Of a stretch of DNA of 30,015 nucleotides, positions 1-8,923 are shown in pieces. The stretch is taken from positions 1-30,015 of IMG/VR virus record IMGVR_UViG_3300024284_000018. The stretch is one strand, 5' to 3'. The position numbers and the translations under genes were made by a program. The number at the start of each line of letters is the position of its first letter. Within the stretch, counting starts at the first letter, position 1. The notes under the pieces were generated by a model that did no database searches, was not told the DNA's origin, and saw nothing but the letters and a program-made list of their open reading frames with translations. The stretch is from a virus. Lineage: Duplodnaviria; Caudoviricetes.

Positions 1-22
1 ACAGACTCAAGGTAGGGACGTT

Positions 23-1852
23 TTGAAGTATGGCTTGCTGTGGACTCCTGCCGAGCATCCGCTTTGGGTGGAAATGCAGGTTGTGGCTCACGGTGGTCGA
101 TGGATGCAGAAGTGTGGTAAATGGGCTGGCGAAGGGAATTTCTTTCACTTTAAGGAGATAATCAAAATAATCTGGCCAGAGTTTGACCAGCACCGATGGT
201 TTGATCTGTTTCTTGAAAAATGGCTGACACACAAATATGTGGCCGTTCTCGGTCCAAAAAGCACAGGAAAAACATCGGATTCTTCCATCTGTCATTTGGT
301 GGACTATTATTGTTTTTCAGGTGAAACCACCGTCATAGTTTGCTCTGATACAAAGGAAAATCTTGAAGATCGTATCTGGGGAGAGATAAAGAAATTTCAC
401 CGCAGGGCCAAGGAACAATTCTCATGGCTCCCTGGCCATCTCATCGAGGGAAGAATGCGCTTAGTTACTGACAGCCGGGATGAGGCTTCCGAGGGCCGAG
501 ATTTCCGTTCCGGCATGGTTGGAATCCCAGTCAAGAAAGGTAACGCTGTAGTTGGTATTAGCGCGTTCGTCGGAAGAAAAAACAAGCGAGTCAGGATATG
601 TGGAGATGAGCTTTCACTTTTGCCAAAAGCCTTTATTGACGCCATTGCTTCCCAGGCGAATCCAGAAGTGAAAATTACTGGCATGGGCAATCCATCCCAG
701 ACAATGGATGCACTTGGACTTTTGGCCGAGCCGCACACAGACCTTGGAGGGTGGGATGGTGGAATAGATCAAAGCCCAAAAACCAAGACTTGGAAAACCC
801 GATGGCCGAATGGGATTTGTATTCAGTTTCCAGGATCAGACTGTCCAAACATGGACGTTTCCCCAGACGAAACTGTCCCATTCCCATACTTGATGACCCG
901 GAAACAGATGGAGGAGGATGCCAAGATTTGGGGAAAGGATGACTGGCATTACACGATGTTCAACGAGGGTCGTATGCCAAAAGGTCAAGGCTCTCGCAGG
1001 ATTATCACGCGCCAGCTTTGTATAAAACACAAGGCTTTGACCGATCCGATATGGAAGAACACCAACAGAACAAAGATTGTATCACTGGATGCTGCGTATC
1101 GCTCAGTGGGCGGGGACCGTTGCGTTCTTATGACTTTAGAGTTTGGCGACGAGGGAATAATTGAGGATTCCAGCCTTGATGATGAGCAGAATTTAGTAAA
1201 CCAGATCCTTAACCAGCAAAGCAGTCGAAAGATAATCGCGCTTATCGACCTGACTATTATCCCAATAAAAGGTGATGAGTTTGAATCTCCCGAGGACCAG
1301 ATCGTGATGTTCACCAAAAAGTATTGCGAGGACAAGCAGGTTCCTCCCAAAAACTTCTTTTTCGATTCCGGCATGAGGACATCTTTGGTTACTTCCTTCA
1401 CCCGGCTGTGGTCAACGGACGTGAATCCGGTTGATTGTGGAGGAAAGCCTTCTGATCGAAGTGTATCTGAAAACATTGACGTGAAGTGCTGTGACTACTA
1501 CTCGAAGCGAATCACTGAGTTCTGGTATTCGGTTAGCCTTATTATCACGGCAGGCCAGTTCAGGGGAATGACCGAGGACGTTATGACCGAGGGCTGTTAT
1601 CGTGAATGGAAAACTGTCGCTGGTAACAAAATAGAAGTCGAAACCAAGTCTGACATGAAGGAAAAGACTGGACGATCCCCGGACTTATTTGACTGCCTCT
1701 GTATTGGTGTTGAAGGCGCACGCCAGCGAGGATTCCTGATTCGACGCTTGGTAAACAAAGATTACGTTGAAACTGACACCCGTTGGAAGAACGAACTCAA
1801 ACGCAAGGTGATGGAATCTGTTAAGTCGAAACAGTTGAACTACGCAGCATGA
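23..1852 (+). CDS. terL: Terminase large subunit (possibly 5'-truncated; frame is open to the window edge)
   Basis: Walker A GPKSTGKT, Walker B RICGDE, coupling-motif-like GMGNP, C-terminal RNase H-like acidic motifs SLDAAY, FFDSG and SPDLFD; lies upstream of portal/capsid-like genes. Confidence 0.9.
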   Translation: MKYGLLWTPAEHPLWVEMQVVAHGGRWMQKCGKWAGEGNFFHFKEIIKIIWPEFDQHRWFDLFLEKWLTHKYVAVLGPKSTGKTSDSSICHLVDYYCFSGETTVIVCSDTKENLEDRIWGEIKKFHRRAKEQFSWLPGHLIEGRMRLVTDSRDEASEGRDFRSGMVGIPVKKGNAVVGISAFVGRKNKRVRICGDELSLLPKAFIDAIASQANPEVKITGMGNPSQTMDALGLLAEPHTDLGGWDGGIDQSPKTKTWKTRWPNGICIQFPGSDCPNMDVSPDETVPFPYLMTRKQMEEDAKIWGKDDWHYTMFNEGRMPKGQGSRRIITRQLCIKHKALTDPIWKNTNRTKIVSLDAAYRSVGGDRCVLMTLEFGDEGIIEDSSLDDEQNLVNQILNQQSSRKIIALIDLTIIPIKGDEFESPEDQIVMFTKKYCEDKQVPPKNFFFDSGMRTSLVTSFTRLWSTDVNPVDCGGKPSDRSVSENIDVKCCDYYSKRITEFWYSVSLIITAGQFRGMTEDVMTEGCYREWKTVAGNKIEVETKSDMKEKTGRSPDLFDCLCIGVEGARQRGFLIRRLVNKDYVETDTRWKNELKRKVMESVKSKQLNYAA

Positions 1853-2148
1853 AAATGCTATTGGTTAATGGTCAGGTAATCCGCCAGCAAATCTGGATCA
1901 GCTTCAATGACCGGAGCAAAGCCATTGATATTCGATCCCTGTTTACGAAAGGATATTCAACCCTGCGCCATTATCTATTCGCCACGGTTCCAGAAGATAG
2001 TGAGTTTGTCTGGACTGAGGAAATAACCCTCGAAGAATTGGCCTTATTGTTGAAAATCTTCGCATTCTACCATGTGGCCAAAACATCGCTGGCATTCATG
2101 ACCACTACGCCATCGGACCATTCAAACAGACAATCGACATTACCGTGA
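1849..2148 (+). CDS. Hypothetical protein
   Basis: ATG at 1849 overlaps the last terL codon and its TGA stop (ATGA, 1849-1852). The 3' 82 nt overlap the convergent GroES-like gene. Confidence 0.5.
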   Translation: MKMLLVNGQVIRQQIWISFNDRSKAIDIRSLFTKGYSTLRHYLFATVPEDSEFVWTEEITLEELALLLKIFAFYHVAKTSLAFMTTTPSDHSNRQSTLP

Positions 2149-2321
2149 ACCAGAACCTTGTCCCCAGGCTTTATGTCTTTGGTTTTGGGTCCAACGTCGA
2201 TCACCTCCCACCTCTTTTTGTCATCTTGGTATTTGGGTGCTAGGAATATGCTGCCTTTCTTGGTTTCCTGAGGTAACGGTTTAACGAGAATACGCGAACC
2301 TAACAGTTTCAATCTGGACAT
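2067..2321 (-). CDS. groES: GroES/Cpn10-like co-chaperonin
   Basis: LKLLGSRILVKP start, mobile-loop-like ETKKGSIFLAP, VIDVGP, IKPGDKVL and C-terminal MNASDVLA all match the Cpn10 pattern. Confidence 0.88.
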   Translation of the reverse strand: MSRLKLLGSRILVKPLPQETKKGSIFLAPKYQDDKKRWEVIDVGPKTKDIKPGDKVLVHGNVDCLFEWSDGVVVMNASDVLATW

Positions 2322-2353
2322 AGTTTTTGTTGGTGCTAACTATTTGAGTATAT

Positions 2354-3061
2354 ATGCCTCGCCTACTAGATCGTCAAAAACAAATTCCTGGAGGGTTAAT
2401 TTTCTACGAGCCTTCCACCAAATGGAAGTGCAGGCCATGGTCAAGTTTTGACCAAGTGGTAAGGGATTTGATAGCGCATCGATTGGGCAATCCGGCCCTC
2501 ATCGAAAAGAACAAGTGGAAAACGGATTACGAATCTGTAGCGAACGAGGTCGATGAATACAACGCCCTTAGATGCTTCCAAATGGGCTGGAATAATTTTA
2601 TCGTTCAACTTCAAGGAGCATCACCGCCCCCAAAATCCATGTCCCCGCACCAGCAAAGTCAAGTCGGTGCTGTGGCGGGGCGCGTTAAGAAAATATGGGC
2701 TGGGGTTAAGACATCAAAAGATTGGATTGATTCTGGCGATCCTCCGGTTCCAATAGAACAATCCGAACGCCGAGCGGTTTCATGCTCTGGCTGCCAAGAG
2801 AACGGTGCCGGAGACTGGACCAAGTGGTTTACCGTTCCTGCAAGCGAGGCGATCAAACGCCAGTTGGAAATACTTACCGAGAGAAATTTACACACATCTT
2901 TGGACGACAAGATAAACATTTGCGAAACGTGTTTATGCCCACTAAAGCTCAAGGTTCACACACCTTTGGTCTGGATCAAGAAACATTTGAGCAATGAGGT
3001 GTTCAATGAATTGTCAGCCGTGAAAACTGGTTGCTGGATAATTCAAGAACTCAGGTCGTGA
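2354..3061 (+). CDS. Hypothetical protein with C-terminal Cys (putative Zn-binding) motif
   Basis: 235-aa ORF with CSGC and CETCLCPLKLK; its stop overlaps the next start (GTGA). Confidence 0.75.
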   Translation: MPRLLDRQKQIPGGLIFYEPSTKWKCRPWSSFDQVVRDLIAHRLGNPALIEKNKWKTDYESVANEVDEYNALRCFQMGWNNFIVQLQGASPPPKSMSPHQQSQVGAVAGRVKKIWAGVKTSKDWIDSGDPPVPIEQSERRAVSCSGCQENGAGDWTKWFTVPASEAIKRQLEILTERNLHTSLDDKINICETCLCPLKLKVHTPLVWIKKHLSNEVFNELSAVKTGCWIIQELRS

Positions 3062-3693
3062 AAGTGTCCTTGGTTTACATTTTTCCTACGGCATATTTCA
3101 AAACATACGAGCCAATGGTGAATCGGTTCGTGAATTCGTACATGGATCACCCCCCAGGGGAAGTTGACCACGAAATACATGTGGTGGTTAATGGGCCTAA
3201 AATTAACCCACGCCAGGAAACTTTGTTCAATCCTTTGAAGGTCCATTTCTTTCAGCACAACAATGTGGGAAAGGATCTGGGTGGCTATTTCGCCTTCGCT
3301 GAATACACCGATTGCGATCTAATGGTGTGTATGGGAACCCCGGTGCATTTCCGAAGGGCCGGATGGCTTGATTACTTGATTCAAGCGTTCCTTGATAACG
3401 GCCCCGGACTTTATGCTCCTTGGTGTTTCATGGAGCCTCGTCCACACGCGAGAACCACGCTTTTTGCTGTTCCGCCGATGCTACTAAGAGCGTATCCGTT
3501 TGTAATTGGCGACTCCCAAAGATACGCAGCAGAGCATGGGCCTGACAGCTTAACTTTGTGGACCAGACGCCAAGGATTCCCGGTGCTTCAGGTAACGTGG
3601 AAAGGCATATTCGATTTTGATGATTGGCACCCAGTAGAGAACGGGGACAGCCTGGCTTTGGACCAGCACTGCGACATGGTACACTGGACATGA
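3058..3693 (+). CDS. Putative glycosyltransferase-like protein (GT-A-like)
   Basis: IHVVVNG and HNNVGKDLGGYF resemble the N-x-G-x-D-x-G-x-Y motif of RgpF-like/GT-A proteins; adjacent to a clear GT2 gene. GTG start chosen from the GTGA overlap. Confidence 0.55.
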   Translation: MKVSLVYIFPTAYFKTYEPMVNRFVNSYMDHPPGEVDHEIHVVVNGPKINPRQETLFNPLKVHFFQHNNVGKDLGGYFAFAEYTDCDLMVCMGTPVHFRRAGWLDYLIQAFLDNGPGLYAPWCFMEPRPHARTTLFAVPPMLLRAYPFVIGDSQRYAAEHGPDSLTLWTRRQGFPVLQVTWKGIFDFDDWHPVENGDSLALDQHCDMVHWT

Positions 3694-4340
3694 AACCGAT
3701 TGCTGTTTGGTATCACTGTATCGTATCCAGTCCCACCATAGATTCCGATCACGCCCTTAACATTCTCGAAGATCAGATGTCGGCTTTGCAATCAAGCGGA
3801 TTGGCGAAAGCATCTGCCTTTACTTTTATTGGATGCAATGGATTCGAGTCCGATCTTGTTCCAATTCTTATGCACGCTCCGGGTGATTGCACAGTGAAAC
3901 ACTTTCCAAAAGGCCAGTCTGAGATACCAACCATGGATTCTATGCGACAGTGGTGCAAAATAAATCCTGGATACAATGTGTTTTACCATCACATCAAAGG
4001 CGTGAGCCACGGACCAACCGATCCTTACAAGAAGTGGCGTCAGTGCATGGAGCGGGTTTGTGTCCATCAATGGAGGCAATGTGTGATGGCTTTGGAGGAT
4101 GGTTTCGATTCATGCGGTGCGCATTGGTTGACACCAGAACACAACGGACTTGTCACAATCCCGATGTGGGGTGGTAATTTTTGGTGGGCTACGTCTGATT
4201 TTGTCGCTACCCTTCCAGAGTTTCATGAAGATACACACGAAAATAGGTTCGAGGCTGAATCTTGGATTGGTATGGGTCCACGAAGGCCAAAAGTGAAAGA
4301 CTTTGCTCCGCACTGGCCAATGCAGGGAGGTTGCTGGTGA
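3690..4340 (+). CDS. Putative glycosyltransferase-like protein
   Basis: FYHHIKGVSH, GGNFWWATSDF and RFEAESWIG resemble a GT-like family seen in viral glycosylation clusters; ATGA overlap with the upstream gene. Confidence 0.55.
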   Translation: MKPIAVWYHCIVSSPTIDSDHALNILEDQMSALQSSGLAKASAFTFIGCNGFESDLVPILMHAPGDCTVKHFPKGQSEIPTMDSMRQWCKINPGYNVFYHHIKGVSHGPTDPYKKWRQCMERVCVHQWRQCVMALEDGFDSCGAHWLTPEHNGLVTIPMWGGNFWWATSDFVATLPEFHEDTHENRFEAESWIGMGPRRPKVKDFAPHWPMQGGCW

Positions 4341-4346
4341 AAATTT

Positions 4347-4541
4347 ATGAAAAATAAAGACATAGTTGAACAGTTGGACAGGTTGATACGACAGGCAAAA
4401 TCAGCTAAAGCTCTAGTCGAATCATCGGATCTTTATCAGGGCGGTAAACAAAACTACATGATCGATTCAAAATCGTCGTTTCGTGTCGGTGACTTTTCCA
4501 TTCGCGATGAATCCAAAAGAAATCCAGAACCACAGTTCTGA
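4347..4541 (+). CDS. Small hypothetical protein
   Basis: 64-aa ORF that fills the gap between two GT-like genes on the operon strand. Confidence 0.55.
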   Translation: MKNKDIVEQLDRLIRQAKSAKALVESSDLYQGGKQNYMIDSKSSFRVGDFSIRDESKRNPEPQF

Positions 4542-4544
4542 AAA

Positions 4545-5129
4545 GTGAAAGTCTCGTTCATCGTAAGCGCATTCAACCGGCCACAAGCCTTGCGGTGCGT
4601 GCTGGCATCATTGCAAATCCAGACCGAGCGAGAGATTGAGGTTATTGTTGCCGACAACAGCGATAACGTGTTCACCATCCAGGATCATATCTGGATAGTG
4701 GATTCCATGAGGGATTTACGGTTCCGACACCGACACGCAGCAGAAAGGACTTGTTACGAATCAACCAAGACTGTCTCAAAAGAGTGCATTGGTGATTGGT
4801 TGTGCTTCCCAAATGACGATGGTTACTACGTTCCCGAATTCACTGCGCGTATGCTCAAGTGTGCCGAGGCCAATCCTGAATCTTCGTTCATATTCTGTGA
4901 TGAGGTTTACGACCCACGCATGTCTGGTGAGTACTGCCACCATAACACGATACCTGTCCTGGGCGGGATTGATAAAGGCACATTCATAGTTAAAAGGTCA
5001 GCCTTTTCCGATGTGGATTTCCCGCCTGCACCTGATGATATGTGCCGAGATGGGTTGTTGGTGGATCTTTTGGTAAGTAGGGGAGTTAATCCTCATAAAT
5101 GCGCTGGGATTATGGTGGTGCACAATTGA
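4545..5129 (+). CDS. Glycosyltransferase family 2 protein
   Basis: VSFIVSAFNRP..L..VLASL..Q, EVIVADNS and GDWLCFPNDD (DxD-equivalent) are canonical GT2 motifs. Confidence 0.88.
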   Translation: MKVSFIVSAFNRPQALRCVLASLQIQTEREIEVIVADNSDNVFTIQDHIWIVDSMRDLRFRHRHAAERTCYESTKTVSKECIGDWLCFPNDDGYYVPEFTARMLKCAEANPESSFIFCDEVYDPRMSGEYCHHNTIPVLGGIDKGTFIVKRSAFSDVDFPPAPDDMCRDGLLVDLLVSRGVNPHKCAGIMVVHN

Positions 5130-5153
5130 CATGGACCGATGAGTCTGTAAAAT
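5126..5153 (+). promoter_or_regulatory. Sigma70-type promoter for the HNH gene
   Basis: TTGACA (5126-5131), 16-bp spacer, TAAAAT (5148-5153). Confidence 0.7.
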
Positions 5154-5224
5154 AATCGAACCGAGCGAGCGGGTAATAGCCGCTGCCCGGCTCTAACACA
5201 AACGTAAATTCATGAAAGACGTTT

Positions 5225-5878
5225 ATGCCTGACATTGTTCCTGCCATACTTCCGAAACGCGCACAAGACATTACTGGACAAAAATTCAATCGGTTGACTG
5301 CGATTAGATTTTTGGGGTACGTTTATTCCCCAAGTGGAGGGGTAAAACAGATGTGGGAGTTTCTGTGCGAATGCGGAAAAATAACCCAGTCCGTAAAAAA
5401 TAATATAACAAACAACCACACTCAATCCTGTGGTTGTTACAGACACGAAATGGCTATTAAGGCCAGAACCAAACATGGTGATGCAAAGAAAGAAAACAGG
5501 CATCCATTATATAAGATTTGGTGTCGCATGAAAGAGAGATGCAACAACAAAAATAACCGTTCGTACAAAGATTACGGAGGAAGGGGTATTTCTGTTGAAT
5601 GGAAAGATTACGATTCGTTTAAGCGTGATATGTTGGATTCGTTCCGTGTCGGACTTCAAATTGAACGTAAAAACAACAATGGCCCTTATTCAAAATCTAA
5701 TTGTTGCTGGGCCACTCATAAGGAACAGCAGAGAAATACTAGCCGTAACCTAAACATTACTTTTGAAGGAAAAACATTTTGTGTAGGTCAATGGTCCGAG
5801 ATAACCGGAATACAAAGTGGAACAATTCGTTGGCGTTATCACTCCGGTTGGCCAATTGAAAAGGTGTTGACCCCATGA
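5225..5878 (+). CDS. Free-standing HNH-type homing endonuclease
   Basis: DITGQKFNRLT, FLCECGK, SCGC, LYKIWCRMKERC, YGGRGISV and IERKNNNGPYSKSNCCWAT..EQQRN are typical of phage HNH endonucleases. AT-richer than neighbours (21/60 GC at 5401-5460). Confidence 0.85.
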   Translation: MPDIVPAILPKRAQDITGQKFNRLTAIRFLGYVYSPSGGVKQMWEFLCECGKITQSVKNNITNNHTQSCGCYRHEMAIKARTKHGDAKKENRHPLYKIWCRMKERCNNKNNRSYKDYGGRGISVEWKDYDSFKRDMLDSFRVGLQIERKNNNGPYSKSNCCWATHKEQQRNTSRNLNITFEGKTFCVGQWSEITGIQSGTIRWRYHSGWPIEKVLTP

Positions 5879-5898
5879 GTAATTAAGCGTAATGGCTA

Positions 5899-8256
5899 GT
5901 GAAGATGCAGCCATTCGATGATGCCAGATTTTTAGACCTTATTTGCTATCAAGGAGTTTTAGACGAAGCAGGCAGGGGAACTAATCGGGCATTGATTGAC
6001 AACTGCGCCAATGGGGTTCCGCCTTACACGGATGACGAAGTCGAAACTAACGGTCTAAATGTAAACGTGAACGATTTGGAAATGACAAGGGCGCTGCATT
6101 CCGCTCGAAGTCAGTTTTCAAATGGCTTTCTTAAGCCGGGTAATTTTTTCCGATGTCGTACTGACTACGGCAATAAACACAAGAGGGAAGATTACAACAT
6201 TATTGTAACTAAGTCGGTAAATACTCCTCTTAAAAAATCGGTTCAATACTTTGAATCGTACCGATCCAAAATTGGCCTTCTTGTGCTTCATGGAATTGCT
6301 CCGGGAGTGTGGGAAAACGAGGACAAGATTTGCCCAAAACCACTTTCTCCTGGTGACGTGATCCTGCCTAGCGAGACGTTATTGGGATTTGACAATCTTC
6401 CAAGAATTATTCTTCGCCGATCATTCACAGGAATCGAGCTTTCCAAAATCACTCAGCAGTTGAAACGCGATCCGGGTTGGAACATGCCAATGGTTGAAAG
6501 GTGCATGGAATGGTTGGATTCAGAAACCGCCGCCACGGGCCGTAACTACTGGCCTCAGATTTGGGCACCGGAGAAGGTTGCTGAGCGAAGGAAAGAAAAC
6601 GCCGGATGGTATCCAACAAACTCGGCTCCCGTTATTAACACGTTCGATTGCTATTTTTATGATGATTCTGAAAATTCCGAGGGATGGATTAGGAGAATAA
6701 TACTGGATTCGTGGGGCACGCCAACCATGGCGGGCGGTAACTTCAATCTTTCGAGAGATGGAAAGAAAACTAAATTGGAACCAACCAAGGCCGATGATTT
6801 CCTTTTCACCTCTGGAGACAGAAAGGTTGGAACTACATGGCAAAACATAATCTCATTTCAATTCGCAGACCTGTCCTCGGTCGCACCATTCCGGTATCAT
6901 TCAGTAAGGTCGCTTGGGTTCCTGTTGTACTCTGTCTGCCACTTGCAAAACCGTCTCCGCTGCAAATTCAACGAGGCTTTATTCGAGCAGTTGATGATGC
7001 AGTTCCGGGTAAAAAGCCTGGACGACGTTCAGCGAGCCTTAAAGCTGGATATGGTCAACAAAGGGTTTCTGGACGAAAGCATCACCCCGGTTCCCGCTGC
7101 TGAACGATGGCAGCCCAGAATGGACATGATCCAGCTTGGGCTTAACGAAAACAGCCAGCTAATTGCAGCCAGCAGTGGAGCGTTTGCCCAGAGAAGGGAT
7201 TTCTCTCCCGACCGGGTGGAAAAGACACGGTTCCAAGTCATGGCCGAGGTTAATGCCGATACCGCTCTGATTAGTTCGGCTTTACAGCAGGCGTATCAAT
7301 ACCAGGCTTTTGAAGATGCTGAGACATTCCGTAGGATGATCAAGCCCAATTCCTCAGACCCCATCGCTCGGGCGTGCCGTGCGTCCATTATCAAACAGGG
7401 TGTGCCTGAAAAGATTCTGATTCCTGAAGCGTGGAGTATCGAGCATGAGCGAGTCATGGGTGGTGGGAATAAGACCCAGGAAATGAGCATATCTCAACAG
7501 CTTCTTGAGATGCGGCCAATGTTCGATCCTCAACCGCAACGAAAGATTTTGCATGATGTGGTTCTCGCTATCACGGACGATGCTGATAAGGCAAACGAGC
7601 TGGTTCCTGACATGCCATCCGTCAGCGACTCGGTTCACGACGCTGAGCTTTCCTTTGGACCGCTCATGCAGGGTTCGCGTGTTTCTCCTAAACCCGGACT
7701 AAACGCCGTGGAAGTGGCGGGAACGATTATCAGCCTCATGGCTGGAAAGGTTAAATCCATCATGCAGAGTGGTGGTCTGGGAACACCTCAAGATTTGATG
7801 GGGTTACAGGCATGTGCTCAATACGTCACCTATTACATCAATGTTTTGTCTCAGGATAAGTCACAGCAAAAGGTTGCTAAAACATTCGGTGAAGCACTCG
7901 GGAAATTGATGAATGAAGTTACGGGGATGCAACAGCGCCAGCAAGAGGCTGCGCAGGCAGCGGCACAACAAAATGGTAATGGCCAAGATCCTAAAGATGC
8001 GGCCAAGGCCCAGGCGATAATGTTGCAGGCCCAAATAAAATCTCAGAACGCCAAGGAGAGCCACGCTGAACGGACAGCGCAGAAACGAATCAGCTTTGAA
8101 CAGAAGTTGAAACAGGACCAGGAAAAGCACGCAGCCGACTTGAGAAAGAAGGCAGTAGAAACTAAGGTTGATGTAGCGGCTGAGGATCTAAAAACGGCTG
8201 CGCAAATCAGGCGAGAAAAGATGAAGCCACAGCCTAAACCAAAGACTCCTAAATGA
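5899..8256 (+). CDS. Probable portal protein
   Basis: 785-aa, helix-like ORF downstream of terL and upstream of scaffold/capsid-like genes, with a Q/A/K-rich coiled-coil C-terminus as in P22-like portals. Call rests on synteny and composition; start may be ATG 5905. Confidence 0.7.
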   Translation: MKMQPFDDARFLDLICYQGVLDEAGRGTNRALIDNCANGVPPYTDDEVETNGLNVNVNDLEMTRALHSARSQFSNGFLKPGNFFRCRTDYGNKHKREDYNIIVTKSVNTPLKKSVQYFESYRSKIGLLVLHGIAPGVWENEDKICPKPLSPGDVILPSETLLGFDNLPRIILRRSFTGIELSKITQQLKRDPGWNMPMVERCMEWLDSETAATGRNYWPQIWAPEKVAERRKENAGWYPTNSAPVINTFDCYFYDDSENSEGWIRRIILDSWGTPTMAGGNFNLSRDGKKTKLEPTKADDFLFTSGDRKVGTTWQNIISFQFADLSSVAPFRYHSVRSLGFLLYSVCHLQNRLRCKFNEALFEQLMMQFRVKSLDDVQRALKLDMVNKGFLDESITPVPAAERWQPRMDMIQLGLNENSQLIAASSGAFAQRRDFSPDRVEKTRFQVMAEVNADTALISSALQQAYQYQAFEDAETFRRMIKPNSSDPIARACRASIIKQGVPEKILIPEAWSIEHERVMGGGNKTQEMSISQQLLEMRPMFDPQPQRKILHDVVLAITDDADKANELVPDMPSVSDSVHDAELSFGPLMQGSRVSPKPGLNAVEVAGTIISLMAGKVKSIMQSGGLGTPQDLMGLQACAQYVTYYINVLSQDKSQQKVAKTFGEALGKLMNEVTGMQQRQQEAAQAAAQQNGNGQDPKDAAKAQAIMLQAQIKSQNAKESHAERTAQKRISFEQKLKQDQEKHAADLRKKAVETKVDVAAEDLKTAAQIRREKMKPQPKPKTPK

Positions 8257-8456
8257 ACACGATCAAGCTGGCCATCAATGGACCAATATCCGATCCTGAT
8301 TTGGGAACGATATGCACCGTGGATGCGTTTCGTGTCGATGAAGACGGGTCATGTGCGCCAGATGGTGTGGCGAAGTCTTGGTATGTAAAAACAGATGACG
8401 TGTTCGCCGCACTTAAATCAGCCTCAGAAAACATAGAATCGATCACCTCACATTGA
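8253..8456 (+). CDS. Small hypothetical protein
   Basis: ATGA overlap with the portal stop. Confidence 0.6.
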   Translation: MNTIKLAINGPISDPDLGTICTVDAFRVDEDGSCAPDGVAKSWYVKTDDVFAALKSASENIESITSH

Positions 8457-8632
8457 AACCCGAAATCATTCTGGATGAATTGGGATGGACCTTGACCAGA
8501 AAGGTTGGGGTCCGTGGGCCAATGTTTCGTGCTGAGTGTGGTAATTTCAGCACTCAATGGAGAGATTTGGTAGATGACACGATTTCAGACGTTAAAAACA
8601 TAAAAGACGGTAAATTAACCAACAAACCATGA
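8453..8632 (+). CDS. Small hypothetical protein, 59 aa (below the ORF-track cutoff)
   Basis: TTG start overlaps the previous stop (TTGA) and its TGA overlaps the next ATG (ATGA): MKPEIILDELGWTLTRKVGVRGPMFRAECGNFSTQWRDLVDDTISDVKNIKDGKLTNKP. Confidence 0.6.
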   Translation: MKPEIILDELGWTLTRKVGVRGPMFRAECGNFSTQWRDLVDDTISDVKNIKDGKLTNKP

Positions 8633-8922
8633 ACATAAACCTCACCCCCAAGGGTCGTTTCCTTGAAACGCCAACAAACCTCGGGCCACACCGTAAAATG
8701 GTGGACAGTCCTGAATTCATTCGTGCCACTGAAATTGCCATGCTTCAATTTCAATTGGCGATCACTCAATCTGGAGTTGACAAGAAAGAAATGTCACTGG
8801 GACCAGCAGGGTTGAAGGTGCTCGGAGCGCAAGAGTTTCTGAGCATACTCAAAAACCTGTCCGAAACACCAAAGGCACCACCAACAATTCTGCGTGCCGA
8901 CAACTTAAACCACACGATTTAA
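8629..8922 (+). CDS. Hypothetical head-module protein
   Basis: 97-aa ORF between portal and scaffold, ending 1 nt before the scaffold start. Confidence 0.7.
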   Translation: MNINLTPKGRFLETPTNLGPHRKMVDSPEFIRATEIAMLQFQLAITQSGVDKKEMSLGPAGLKVLGAQEFLSILKNLSETPKAPPTILRADNLNHTI

Positions 8923-8923
8923 T

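Noticed and set aside
5867-5895. Promoters for portal (TTGACC 5867) and capsid (TTGACA 11191) embedded in the HNH gene ends
   Set aside because: Good -35 boxes, but the correctly spaced -10 candidates (TAATGG, TAAGGG) lack the conserved final T; too weak to list as features.
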